Source of the DNA: Leucoraja erinacea
Lineage: Eukaryota
Assembly (NCBI RefSeq): GCF_028641065.1
Contig: NC_073401.1
Span: 22,878,001-22,942,000 of the forward strand
Length of the DNA stretch: 64,000 bases
Direction of reading: 5' to 3'
In this document: positions 12,495 to 25,213 of the stretch, one piece after another
Layout: every line of letters starts with the position of its first letter
Position numbering within the stretch: the first letter of the stretch is position 1
Program-made: the position numbers and the translations under genes
Notes under the pieces: model-generated
Seen by the model: only the letters and a program-made list of their open reading frames with translations
Databases searched by the model: none
Told to the model about the DNA's origin: nothing

Positions 12495-15400
12495 TGTTTT
12501 CAAATGGGTCTGACTTCAGGTATTGGGTTTTTTTTAAAGGTCAGGAGTGCACGTGCTGGCCAGTGAATAATTTTGTACACATTGACATCCCATTTTTTTT
12601 TCTGATAACCGCAGAGAAAAGCAGAAATGACAGTTTGCATTTTTCTTTAAACTCTCCGTACCTTCCTGCTAAGGTTTGAATAGAAACCCATGAATATTCT
12701 GGGCGAAATTGCAGAAAATTCTGCCGTGCCTCAAAGCCCGTCCATCAAAATCATCATAAGAACATAAGAAATAGAAATAAGTATAGTCCTTCCTTGCCCA
12801 CTGGGTCACCATTCACTATGATCATGGCTGATCTTCTACCTCAGTGCCATTTATTAACACATGGCTATTTGCCAGCAAAACCCCCATATCCCCTGGTTCC
12901 CTTCATGTCAAGGTGGGTATAGGGAACACGCTGCCATAGGATGCAGCTGAGGCAGGTAGCATAACACCATTGAAAAGAAACTTGGAAAGGTACATGGATA
13001 GGAAAGGTTAGAGGGATATGGGCTAAACATGAACAAATGGAAGTAGCTTTGATGGGCTATCTTGGTCGGCATGGACAAGATGGACCTAAGGGAGAGTTTC
13101 CATGCCGTATGATTCTATGACATTGTATCTATCAATCTATGCTTTTAATGAATAATGATCAAACAATGGAACCTGAATAAGAGTTCAGATTGGCAATGAG
13201 GAAGTTCATTGTGTATTGAATACAAGATTTCTCCCAGAATGGTTTCATGTCTATGTCAATTGAATAATTCCTTTCTCTTTTCTGTGAACTCTGGCTGCGT
13301 AGAAACCATTATTAAGACAAACCTAGTTTATGTTTCAGAAGACACAAAATTGTCCTTGGTGGAAAAATATATCACAGCACTGTATAAATGCATTTATCCT
13401 GCTTGCAACGTTTAATTCAGTTGACTCCTTTGGGCAGAATTTTGGAAGCAGATTCCAATGAACATACAAATCACATTTAGCACATGCAATGGGAGACACA
13501 TTTCCCTACTGAAGTGTGAGACACATTCCAATACTTCTACAAGCCTTTTCCAGGCTTACAAGCTTTCTCCTTGGAGAAAGTTCGGCCAGTTTCACTAGTA
13601 TTTCACCATGCTTCTGATGATTGAGAGAAGAATTTGCATAAATTAGCTTTGCATTCCCTGTAAATTACAGAACGAAGGGTGATTTCAGAGAGTTTTGATC
13701 ATTCTGAATGGAATTAATGGGATAGATAGAGGAACTGACTTGCTGAAGTGCTGTCAGACAAAGGTACTTTACATAAACCAAAGTAATTCAGAAAAATAAT
13801 TAGGATTCACTTCTCCCCACAAGAGTAGTAGTAGTAGTACGGGATACTTTCCTACAGAAAACAGTAGATTCTAAAGCATTACAAATGTTTAAATCTCAGA
13901 TTCATTGATTACTGCTGTCCAGGGTTATAAAGGGATATGTGCCAAAGGCTAGTGAAAAAGCTATAATACAGATCAGCTGCAATTTTATTGAAAGATGGAA
14001 CAGGCCTCGGTATGAATGGCCTACTTTTTTTTTTAAATATTGGGCATTGTTAAAAAGATGTAGAAATATCATTCATATTGTATATTTCAGGAACACTTCT
14101 AATGAAACACTTTGAAGATGTAGTCGCTGTTGGAAATCACAACAGATAATTATGTGCCATATGGTTCCACACATACCGTAATGAAATTAATAGCATGTGG
14201 TATAATACAGTGATGATGCCTGAGATATAAATGTTGGCTGGAGAGTCAGAGAACACCTTGCTCTTCCTGGACCATCTATGTCTACTTGAGGAAAAATTCC
14301 ATTCTAATATTTAAACTTTACTCAGTTTACAGCTTTTGCGTATTTTATGCTTCTGATAAAAACTAGGCAGTCATGTCAAAAGGATAAAGATTTTCTTTCC
14401 TGCTCCACCCCCCACCCGACTCAGCAGCTTTCAGCTTATTTTTCTCTGTAACTATTTGGTATCTGTGTATCATTAACAGGAGGCCCCATATGTTGTAGCA
14501 CTCTACCTATTTTGCTGTCTGCCTCAAAATAAGGCACAGAGTAGGGAGTTCCCTTCAAGCTGTAAATGGAAACAGCTCGGCACGGTATCTTCTTGGCATT
14601 ACAGACAAGACAAGCTTCTGTTGATAGATTCTGATGAGCAGTTCAATTTCTACAACATTACATTCATTACAGTCATTGTAATATAAAGGGTAATGTAATA
14701 TTTATTAATGTTTGGATCAAAAATCTCACTCTTTGCTTGGTGTAGTGCATTACTCATTTCCTGTATGGTTCCCTGTGTTTTTATACTTCCTGTAAACAGG
14801 TGCATTTACTGAAGGCACGCTGCATTATATCCCCTTGTAGCGACAATGTATCTTTTGTCATTACTTAATGTAGAGCATTTTAATATATTTCTGAAAAGCC
14901 TACTGAACCATCTTAATAAATTGGCATCATGCTTGTGTTTAGCATATCAATTCCAAATGCTGACATGAATCAAACATTATTTTGTTTATCAATAGCTTTC
15001 ATTGCAGGGCCTCGCAGAAGTACGGAGGCTTGTATTTGTTTTAAAATGGATTTCACAGCTTGTATCCCCAACTGTAATGCTTGCCCTCGTGTTATTAAAA
15101 TACGGCCCTTATTCCAATAATTGGTGTGCTTTAAGGACAGCATGAAAGTGACAATTGCTGTCAGGCTCTGCAAAGATTAGAAACACTTGTTTTTCATGCC
15201 AAGCTCCAGCAGGGAGACAGAGATAAAATGGTTTAAAAACTGCCAACTCATCTACACTGCTACATTGACTTGTTGTTCATTTGCAGCCAGCAATATTGAT
15301 AAGCTGCTTTTGAACTAAAAGCCAAGACTATGTGCCAAGTATATTATAGCCTTTGCCCTAAACTAGACAAGGAACAAAAAAACCAAATAACCTGTAGTTT

Positions 15401-17144
15401 CAAAAGGAAGAAAGCATTACTATGGAAGGAAAAAATATATATATATTTTTTATATATATCTATATATATATATATATAAATTAAAGAAAATGTTGCCTTA
15501 ATTTTAAACAAAACTGCAATCTTTACTTTTGATAAAAACTTCTACAGTTTTGCAGATGGAAAAAAAATTAATTGGAATTCCTGACAATATGTAAATATAT
15601 CAAGAATATTTTTGGATTTTGTATTTAGAAGGGAGGCATCATTAAAAAAGATCAGTGGTTTTTTAAAAATTTAACCCAAGGAATTCTATGACAAAGCAAA
15701 TTATTGGAAACTAACAGCAAATTACAATAATTTTAATTAATCATTCTACCTATGAATGTATGAGATATGGTGTGGTAATTTGGAAATTGACTACTCTACT
15801 TGCATTCATATTATGAAGGGTTCCTTGAGGAGATCAACGTGTTTATGTTTCAAAAACTGTACATAAAAATAAGGCATATATGATGTAGGGTGGCTGACTT
15901 TAAAAATAGACCCTTAGTCATTGTGTTTTGTTCAGCAGGGATTAAATGAAACACTAACACATTCTTCTCTATCTCCAGAAAATTGCTATGTCTTTGGAAA
16001 CACTGGGTAAAACAAATTAGTTTTATGGTTATATCTTCATAAAGCGTGTTTTCACAGAGCGATCTTTCAAAACACATATAGGAATAGAATCACCCATAAT
16101 ATGTGGAATTTTGTCATTGTCTATTTTTAGCTAATGAGAAGTTTTGTTTTATCCATAGCAGTGCAGTATGGAATCCTTATGGGTCACTGTTTCTAGTCTA
16201 ATCTGTTGAAAGTTTTCCTCATAAAATAGCCTTTCATTCCAGGTTTCAGTGTCTGTAAATCTTCCCTAATCTGTTTCCAGTGTTACCATCCTTACATGAG
16301 GAGGTCAATACTATGCAGTGTACTCCAGTCCAGATGTCACAAATGTTACAGATACCTGACAAGCAATCTCCCATCATATGAGAGGAAGAGTGAGAGTGGA
16401 GTGAAGGCAGGGCCATTGATGAGGTTATCCGTGTCTCAGTTGGTAACATTCCAACCTTAGAACGTAAAATATAGAAAAGTACAGTATAGAAACAGACTCT
16501 ACAGCCCACAATGTTCATGCTGAACATGATGTCAAGTTAAACGAATTACCTCTGCCTGCATGTGATCAATATCCCTTCATTCCCTGCATTTCCATGTGAA
16601 TTCAATTTTCACCCAGAGACTTGAGCACATAAGGACACAGAAGCTGCATAAATGCAGTCATACCTAGATTATATACAATACAATAAGACCTCCTTACTCT
16701 TACGTTTACATGAATTTGTAACTAAGGTTTACAAAGCATTTGTATTCATAATCACTTGATGCACCATTATGTCGGCATTCAGTAAGTAAGTAAGTAAATT
16801 TTATTTATATAGCACGTTTAAATCAACTCGCATTGAAACCAAAGTGCTTTACATAAAATAAATAATTAAGTTTCAGTACATCCATAGAAAAATTATAAAA
16901 AACCAAAAAAAAACAGTGTTGGGTTAATTGCCTTTCACTTGTGTACAAGCACATTTTGATACAGTTCAACGTCAGCACTTCCTAAATTTTTATAATTTAA
17001 AGTCATTCTGGATTTCTCTTTGTGCACCAGAGTGTGCAAACTTAAATTTCTTCACATGATACTCCATCTGCCATGTTCTTGCCCATTCACTCAACATGGC
17101 TTGATTCCCCTCTAAATCTTTTTACATTCACCTCCACGCTTGCT

Positions 17145-17457
17145 TAGTTTAGTTTAGAGGTACCGCGTGGAAACAGGCCCTTCGGCCCACCGGGTCCATG
17201 TCAACCAGCGAGCCCCGCACATAAACACTATCCTACTCCCACTAGTGACAATTTTTGACATCCATCAAGCCAATTGGCCTACAAACCTGTACGCCTTTGG
17301 AGTGGGGGAGGAAACCAAAGATCTCGGGGAAAACCCACACTGTTCACGGGGAGAACGTACAAACTCCCTATAGACAGCACTCCTGGTCGGGATCGAACCC
17401 GGGTCTCCGGCGCTGCATTCGCTGTAAGGCAGCAACTCTACCATTGCGCCACCGTGA
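17145..17457 (-). mobile_element. HE1-like tRNA-derived SINE, near full length
   Basis: B-box-like GGTTCGATCCC on the - strand; LINE-like 3' tail with (TAAAC)n. Confidence 0.8.
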
Positions 17458-18334
17458 CACTGCTTAGTTTTGTGTGAACATCAAACTTTAAAATATGTCA
17501 TTTGGTCCACTCGGCCAAATTGTTGACATAGATCGTGAGAAGATGAGACTTCAAGCTGCAGCCTCAGTGGATCCCAACAGTCGTAACACACCAACATGAG
17601 AAGGATTCTCTCCCGAGATGCTGCCTCACCCACTGAGTTACTCCAGCATTTTGTGTCTAACATGAGAAGGATTTATGTGTACTCACTCTCAGCTTTCTGT
17701 TGATAACCAATTCTCAATCTCTGTCAGTATTTGCTCACAATTTCATGTACTCTAATTTTCTAATGGATCAATTTTCACTGTGGGATTTATCAAAAACCCA
17801 ATTACCACATATCCGTTGGTTCCTCTTCACCAGTTCTTCCATTGCATCGCAAATAACTCCAGACTAAAGTGATCTTCTTTTCATAGGTCACCCTGACTTT
17901 GACAATCTGATTCATTTTTTTCAATGATATTTGTTAATACATAATTTATTATAAATTCTAGTATTATCCCTTACCACTTAAGCCAGCGGACTAGTCAATC
18001 ATTGTTTTTGGACAGTGTTGTCACATTTTCACTTTTTGAACTATAAGAAATAGGTTCACAACACAGAAATTTTGAAGATATATAATCACTACAGCTTGTC
18101 CTTCAGAACTTTGTGATATAGATCTTTGGGTCCTTCAGATTTTTCAGCTTTTAAGCTCACCAATATTAATTTCCTCAACTCCTTGTTCTTGCTAAACACA
18201 TTTTTTTCTCATGTTTCTAGTAGGGTTTCTGTGTCTTCCGCATTGAAGATGGACACTGGTCAGCGCGGACTCAGTGGGCCAAAGGGTCCGTTTCTGCACT
18301 GTACTTCTAAAACTAAACTAAAAACTAAAACAAG

Positions 18335-19885
18335 GACTGATTAGGGATAGTCAGCACAGTTTTGTACGTGGGAGTTTGGGTCTCATGAATCTCATTGAGT
18401 TTTTTGAAGCTTTAACCAAAAAGGTTGCTGAGGGCAGAGCAGTGGAAGTTGCCATTATGGATGTCAGCAAGTCATTTGATGCGGCTCCACATGGCAGGCT
18501 GGAATGATGGATCGCATGGGATTAGGGAGAGCTAGCTGACTGGATAGAAAATTGGCTTCATGGAAGGAAGCGGAGAATGATTGTGGAAGTTTGTTTTTCA
18601 GACTGACGACCTGTGACTAGTGGTGTGCCTCATGGATCGGCACTGGGCCCACGGCTCTGTAGTCAAGAGTCAAGAGTGTCATGTGTCCCAGATTGAACAA
18701 TGAAATTCTTATGTGCTGCAGCACAACTGAATATGCAAACACAGTATGATATGACAAACGAGACAGAAAAAAGAAAAGCTTAATGTGTATATATACGTAC
18801 ACATACTCACAACATACTCATATATATGTATATACACATACACACATACTCAAAAAACAAACAAAACAGTGCAACAATAATAATAATAGACACATAGAGT
18901 AGAGCAGGGGGCTGAGCACGCAGCCTTGAGGTGCTCCCGTACTGATTGTTAATGAGGGTGAAGTTTATATCAATCATTTGGATGGATCAGTTTATATCAA
19001 TCATTTGGATGGATTTGCAGATGAGACTATAGTGGATGATATTGTAGAATAGCAAAGATGGTAACAAAGGTAACAGCAGGATCTTGATCAGTTGGGCAAC
19101 TTCAATGCAGATAAATGTGAGGTGATGCACTTTTGGAAATTTAACCAGGCAGTACATTCACAATAAATGGTTGAGCTCTGTGGAGAGGAAGAACAGAGGG
19201 ATCAAGGGAATGTAGGTACATAGTACCTGGAAAATTGAGTCACAGGTAGATCAAGAAGTCAGGAAGTCTCCCGGTGTATTGGCCTTCAACAGTCGGGTAT
19301 TGAGTACAGAAGTTGAAATATTATGTACAAGGTGCTGGCACAGCCACATTTGGAGTATTGTGTTCAGTTTCAGTCACCCTGCTAGAGGAAAGATAATGTT
19401 AACCTGAAAGGAGTGCAGACAAGATTTTCAAAGAAGATGCCAGGACTTGAGGGTCTGAGTTACAGAGAGATGTTGGGCAGGGTAGGACTATTCCTTGGAG
19501 CGTAGGGAGATGAGAAGAGATCTTAGAGGTGTACAAAATCATGAGGGGAAATGATAGGGTAGATGCACTGAGTCTTTTAACCAGATGAGGGGAATCAAGA
19601 TGCAGAGGCCATAGGTTTTAGATGAGAGGGGAAAGATTTAATTGGAATCAGAGGGGCAACTTTTTCACACAGAGGGTGGTGCATATGTGGAATAAGCTGC
19701 AGGTGGAGGGGGGGGGGGGGGGGGGGGGGGGGTGTAGTTAAGGCAGTAACTATAACAACAGTTTAAAGACTTTTGGACAGGTATATGGAGAGAGAAGGCT
19801 TAGAGGATATAGACCAAATGCAGACAGGTGGGACTAGTGTAGATGGGACACCTTTGTCGGCATGAGCAAGCTGGGCCGGATACTC
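18335..19885 (+). mobile_element. Degenerate CR1 LINE with a nested Rex1/L2-like fragment (about 18660-18955, - strand TISTGAPQGCVLSPLLYS)
   Basis: RT motif remnants ([28 protein letters not shown]). Confidence 0.75.
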
Positions 19886-20436
19886 TGCTGTGTGTGTTTG
19901 AGGAGGGGGGGGGGGGGGGGGGGGGGGGGGGCGGCGGTGCACAAAAGGACGGAGAGATAAACTTGGACAGAAATTATGGAGTCATATAGCTACACATCAC
20001 GGAACCAGGCCCTTCAGCCCACCCTGGCCATACTGACAAAGATGGGCTAGGTGCATTTGCCGTATTTGTCCATGGCCCTCATTACCTCCCGAATTCAGAG
20101 TTGAGCACCAGTTTTCGGTAAGGATTTACTGGTGTTTTACACAGAATGATACACATCGTGTAGGTAGCAAACAACTATTCAAAACCGATGATAATGACAC
20201 ACGGTTAGCGGCAAGAAGCCACACAGAGGGCTGTGGGACATCGGAGGTCACAGGTTTTACACTTTCATTCATGTCCCAACTTGTACTGGCCGGCTTTTCC
20301 CAGCTTGCTGTGTACGGATTGGCCTGGGATGGTGTCAGGCCATAAGATATTTTCGTGTTTCTAGGAATTATTACTGAACCAAACAATGAATTTGCAGCCA
20401 GCCAGCCGATAAACTGGAAATTGCACAGAAGAGAGA

Positions 20437-20859
20437 ACTCGATGGGCTTTGCTGATTTCGTGCCGTTTAACACGATACTGGGTGGGGCTGCAAACCAACC
20501 AGCTGTTTACGGCCACCCCTGTCCCTTTATCAACTGGGGCAGCATCTATCATCTGTCGCCGTGACGTCCTAACGAGGTCCTTTTATTTAAAACTGAAAAA
20601 AGAACTTAAAAAAATTATTTTGGGATGGCGGGAGGGGGGGGAATGTGGTGGGTGAGGTGGGTGGGTTTTAAGATGTTTTCGGAGGGGGGTGATGGGATTA
20701 ATTACAGCACTGTTGCACTCGATGGGCTTTGCTGATTTCGTGCCGTTTAACACGATACTGGGTGGGGCTGCAAACCAACCAGCTGTTTACGGCCACCCCT
20801 GTCCCTTTATCAACTGGGGCAGCATCTATCATCTGTCGCCGTGACGTCCTAACGAGGTC
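20437..20859 (+). repeat. Identical 143-bp direct duplication (20437-20579 and 20717-20859)
   Basis: Direct sequence comparison. Confidence 0.9.
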
Positions 20860-21066
20860 ACTCAAAACTGAAAAGAACTGGAGTTTAAAAAATTATTTTG
20901 GTGTGAAATGCTTGCACACGCCTGTGCATTTATTTAGTCTCGTCTTTTACAGTAGAAAAGACATGCTGAACATTAGGATATAAGTCAAAACACTGAAAGG
21001 TGGGGGGGGGGGGGGGGAGGGGGGGGGGATGGGGGGGGGGGGGGGGAGAGGGATGGGGGGGGGGGT

Positions 21067-21114
<48 letters not shown>

Positions 21115-21227
21115 GAGTTAATGAAGCAAGTTCCAGTATAAACAATTTATGAACAATTAAATTGAATTAGCATTTTTGTTTTTTTTAGTGTTTAACGGAC
21201 AAGCTTGATTACCAATGGTATAAAATG

Positions 21228-21860
21228 TGCCTTCATAACAAGAGGATTTCAGTATAGGACTAAATAGGTTCTTCTGCAGTTGTATAGGGCTCTGGTGAGA
21301 CCACATCTGGAGTATTGTGTACAGTTTTGGTCTCCTAGTTTGAGGAAGGACATTCTTGTGATTGAGGCAGTGCAGCGTAGGTTCACGAGATTGATCCCTG
21401 GGATGGCGGGACTGTCATATGAGGAAAGATTGAAAAGACTAGGCTTGTATTCACTGGAATTTAGAAGGATGATCTTATAGAAACATATAAAATTATAAAA
21501 GGACTGGACAAGCTAGATGCAGGAAAAATGTTCCCAATGTTGGGCGAGTCCAGAACCAGGGGCCACAGTCTTAGAATAAAGGGGAGGTCATTTAAGACTG
21601 AGGTGAGAACATTTTTTTTTCACCCAGAGAGTTGTGAATTTATGGAATTCCCTGCCACAGAGGGCAGTGGAGGCCAAATCACTGGATGGATTTAAGAGAG
21701 AGTTAGATAGAGCTCTAGGGACTAGTGGAGTCAAGGGATATGGGGAGAAGGCAGGCACGGGTTATTGATAGGGGACGATCAGCCATGATCACAATGAATG
21801 GCGGTGCTGGCTCGAAGGGCCGAATGGCCTCCTCCTGCACCTATTTTCAATGTTTCTATG
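21228..21860 (+). mobile_element. CR1/HER1-like LINE 3' fragment
   Basis: [30 protein letters not shown]; shared 3' UTR. Confidence 0.9.
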
Positions 21861-23624
21861 TGATGCTTCAAAAAACCTTTTATTCGTGTAGTGTAGCAAT
21901 GAAATGTCAGTTAAATTTATTATTGTAATCGAAACATTAGGATCTTGGACAAATTATGGGGGATTTCTCACACATGTGCTTGGAAACGGTTAAAGTCGCC
22001 TGGTAGCTTCAGCAGGGGTCCGCTAGAACCCCGCAAGACACAACTCCCTAAAATCGTTTCCCCAGTGGATGCGCCAAGATGCAGCCCCAGTCGGTCGCCA
22101 ATCCGCCTCTGCAGCGCCGCAAAATCCTCATGCTTATGAAAACAACATTTCGGAGTGGAATATCCTAAAGTAGTCGCAAAAGTTCCAACTAAATTTACAC
22201 ATGCAACCAGCTGCAGAATACAAGTCAGAAAAGACGTTTCATGCAGAATAAAATGGGGGGTTCGCACCATATCTACTTTAAAAAAAAAAGAACCGGTGGT
22301 ATAAATCTTTTATTTATCTTGTAGAAAGTATAAACGTGACTGGCTCGTTGTATTGCTGCCTTATCCTGGCATTCCAGTTCATTGATTTTTTTGGTGTGGC
22401 GTCAATGGTTATGTGATGGAAAAACGAGGTTCCAAAGGATCTCCAAATCACGTTTCACCTTGTGTTGCTTTAAAAAAAAAAATCTTGTGTCTCTTCTCCA
22501 GTTGGCGACTAACAAAGAAGTATTTTGGTTCTGATCAGCGGGACAAACCTGCCTGGCGTATCAGTAGAGGAGAAGCAACGGTATATTTGCAAGGGAAGTG
22601 GGAAATACACCCAAGACGGAAAACATCTGTGATTCTGTGAGGACCCTGCCGGATCGAAAGGTTAGTTGGTCAACGTTTAACAAACCCCAGGACAAGGGGT
22701 CACAGCTTAAGGAAATCCTTTAAAACCGAGATGAGAAGAACTTTTTTTCACACAGAGAGTGGTGAATCTCTGGAATTCTCTGCCACAGAGGGTAGTTGAG
22801 GCCAGTTCATTGGCTATATTTAAGAGGGAGTTAGATGTGGCCCTTGTGGCTAAGGGGGTCAGGGGGTATGGAGAGAAGGCAGGTACGGGATACTGAGTTG
22901 GATGATCAGCCATGATCATATTGAATGGCGGTGCAGGCTCGAAGGGCCGAATGGCCTACTCCTGCACCTAATTTCTATGTTTCTATTACACCGCTATGCA
23001 GGGGTGACTAGTGTCAGATATGAAGAACGGTCTCGACCCGAAATGGCACATATCCATGTCCTCCCTGACCTGCTGAATTACTCCACCCCTATGTTTCCTT
23101 TCATCCACCAATGCCGTCTGACCCGCTGTCTTCCTCCAGCCTTTTATTTTTTGCTCAAGATGCCAGCCTCGGAAATGTATTGTGTCGCAAAATATTGTGC
23201 AATTTGTTCTCTATTGAATTGTGTTCAATGGGCTAGCTGCCTGGAAACCAGAGGGTTATCTACTGAGCTACAGCCGCGAGTGATATGTCTGTTCCCGCCA
23301 GGTGCACAGTCCTCGGTGATCCAAAGATATTGCAGACCGAGCAATAAATCCTCCCAACCTAAATGAAACTTTGAAACACAAGGACCAAATGTTGAATATA
23401 ATGTTATGATTGCTTCCTCCACGCCCCTCTCTCCTCCCCCACCCACCCATCCGGTTCGACTATTACTTAATTACCATTTTAAGATAAGCGCTCAACTTTT
23501 GACTTGTGAGCCAGATCCTGATCGTCGTCTTCCTTACATCAACGTCCCTTTCACCATCTATTTTACAGCCTAACTTGTTATTTTCTCCCACGTTCCCCAC
23601 CCCTTCCATCCGCAGGTTATTAAA

Positions 23625-24182
23625 ATGATGAGACGGCGAGAAACGCTCCTTGTATTTCTTTCCCTGCTTCGGGTGGCGGTGTTCGAGTGTCCAGAAGCGT
23701 GCAGCTGCACAGGGACCTCTGTGGACTGCAGCGGCCAGGAGCTGAATGTCAGCACCATTCCCAGGCGCTTTGGGAACACCATCACCGAAATCAGGCTGAG
23801 CAACAACAAACTCTCTGCCATCCCCAACGGGCTCTTCGACACCATGTATCACCTGAGGTCTGTGGCTTTGGACAATAACCCGTGGACATGCGATTGCAAC
23901 ATTTTATACCTGAGATCTTGGCTTCTTAAACAAGAAGACCGATCCCCGTATAAGCACCTGTCGTGCTCCTCGCCCGCGGAGCTCCAGAGCAGGCGGATAC
24001 TGTATCTAACCGAGGATGAAGTGGTCGCTACGTGTGACGACTGGTACTGTCCCGTTGTCCTGATCTGTCAGATTGGACTGGTCGTCTTCATCGCCATCCA
24101 GGCTATTCTTCTGATATTCGTTATAAGGTTTTTGAGGAGATTTGAGGCTCTTTCCGAAGAGGCCATTCGGTCATCAAAGTAA
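23625..24182 (+). CDS. GP1BB: Platelet/thrombocyte glycoprotein Ib beta chain (185 aa)
   Basis: Signal peptide, LRRNT (CPEACSC..VDC), one LRR (EIRLSNNKLSAIPNGLFD), LRRCT (NPWTCDCNILYLRSWL..C..P), juxtamembrane Cys (WYC), TM helix and basic RRF. It lies directly downstream of SEPT5 on the same strand. A strong acceptor (ccgcag, 23614-23615) just before the ATG implies an upstream first exon. Confidence 0.9.
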   Translation: MMRRRETLLVFLSLLRVAVFECPEACSCTGTSVDCSGQELNVSTIPRRFGNTITEIRLSNNKLSAIPNGLFDTMYHLRSVALDNNPWTCDCNILYLRSWLLKQEDRSPYKHLSCSSPAELQSRRILYLTEDEVVATCDDWYCPVVLICQIGLVVFIAIQAILLIFVIRFLRRFEALSEEAIRSSK

Positions 24183-24359
24183 ATCCGTCTTCACTCGGAC
24201 TACCATCCACTAAATAGCCAATTGAAAATCATTTATCCGATCAGCACTCTTGACCGAACACCCGCGGTTTCCCTCAATGAGTTCTTGTTAGTGCCGGAAA
24301 AAAAAAGCCCCTTGTTTTAAATGCGCCGACGCTGGAATTCTGCGTTGCTGTTCTTTATA

Positions 24360-24625
24360 CTTTAGACTTTAGAGATTCAGCGCGGAAACAGGCCCTACCG
24401 CTCACGAGTCCGCACCGACTAACGACCACCCCCCGCACACTAGTTATATCCTACACACTAGAGGAACAATTTACAATTTTGCCCAAGCCAATTAACCTGC
24501 AAACCTGCACGTCTTTGGCGTGTGGGAGAAAACCGTAGCACCCGGACAAACCCCACGCGGTCACAGGGGGAACGTACAGACAGCATCGATCTCTGGCGCA
24601 GCAACTATCACGGTGCCATTGTGCC
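24360..24625 (-). mobile_element. HE1-like SINE
   Basis: Similarity to the other copies in the window. Confidence 0.7.
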
Positions 24626-24987
24626 GCCTTTCACCTCCTCCGATCGCTTCAAATTTTGTCAACTCCCTAATCTCCTTCACTCCACAATTGCATCATCCGT
24701 TTACTCCCCTGCAACATATTCTATACATTCTATACCCATAATATAAATATTTTAAACCCATTACCAATCTATTGACTCTCCTGCGATGAACACATCCCCT
24801 AAAATCTCCCGTGAATTAAAATGTATTACTACAGTGCCACACCATTGCCCATTAGTCATGTCTATAGACGTTCTTATATACGTTTCCTCTTTCGTTGTGA
24901 TGTATTGGGTTTCCTACTTTAATACCAGCAGCAAACATTGTCTTCTCTCATCCAAACAATTCGCTTCTGTGACGAATAGTTATTTAA

Positions 24988-25213
24988 TGCCCCTGTCCCA
25001 CTTAGGAAACCTGAACAGAAACCTCTGGATACCTTGCGCCCCACCCAAGGTTTCCGTGCGGTTCCCGGAGGTTTTTGTCAGTCTCCCTACCTGCTTCCAC
25101 TAGCTGCAACCTCCGGCAACCACCTGCAACCTCCGTTAACTGCACGGAAACCATGGGTGGGGCGCAAAGTCTCCAGAGGTTTCCGTTCAGGTTTCCTAAG
25201 TGTGACAGGGGCA
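24988..25213. mobile_element. PIF/Harbinger-type MITE
   Basis: Long near-perfect TIRs (TGCCCCTGTCCCACTTAGGAAACCTGAAC...) and a TAA target duplication (24985-24987 and 25214-25216); truncated copy at about 53461-53551. Confidence 0.85.

Noticed and set aside
17380-17457. tRNA-like sequence with A/B boxes
   Set aside because: It is the tRNA-derived head of a SINE rather than a tRNA gene.
20930-21145. Poly-Pro and poly-Gly ORFs (also 28891-29334, 29814-30029, 40513-40846)
   Set aside because: They are translations of G/C homopolymer runs with no splice or coding context.
23625-24182. Alternative identification as GP9 (glycoprotein IX)
   Set aside because: The fold is similar, but the position directly after SEPT5 and the WYC juxtamembrane cysteine favour GP1BB.
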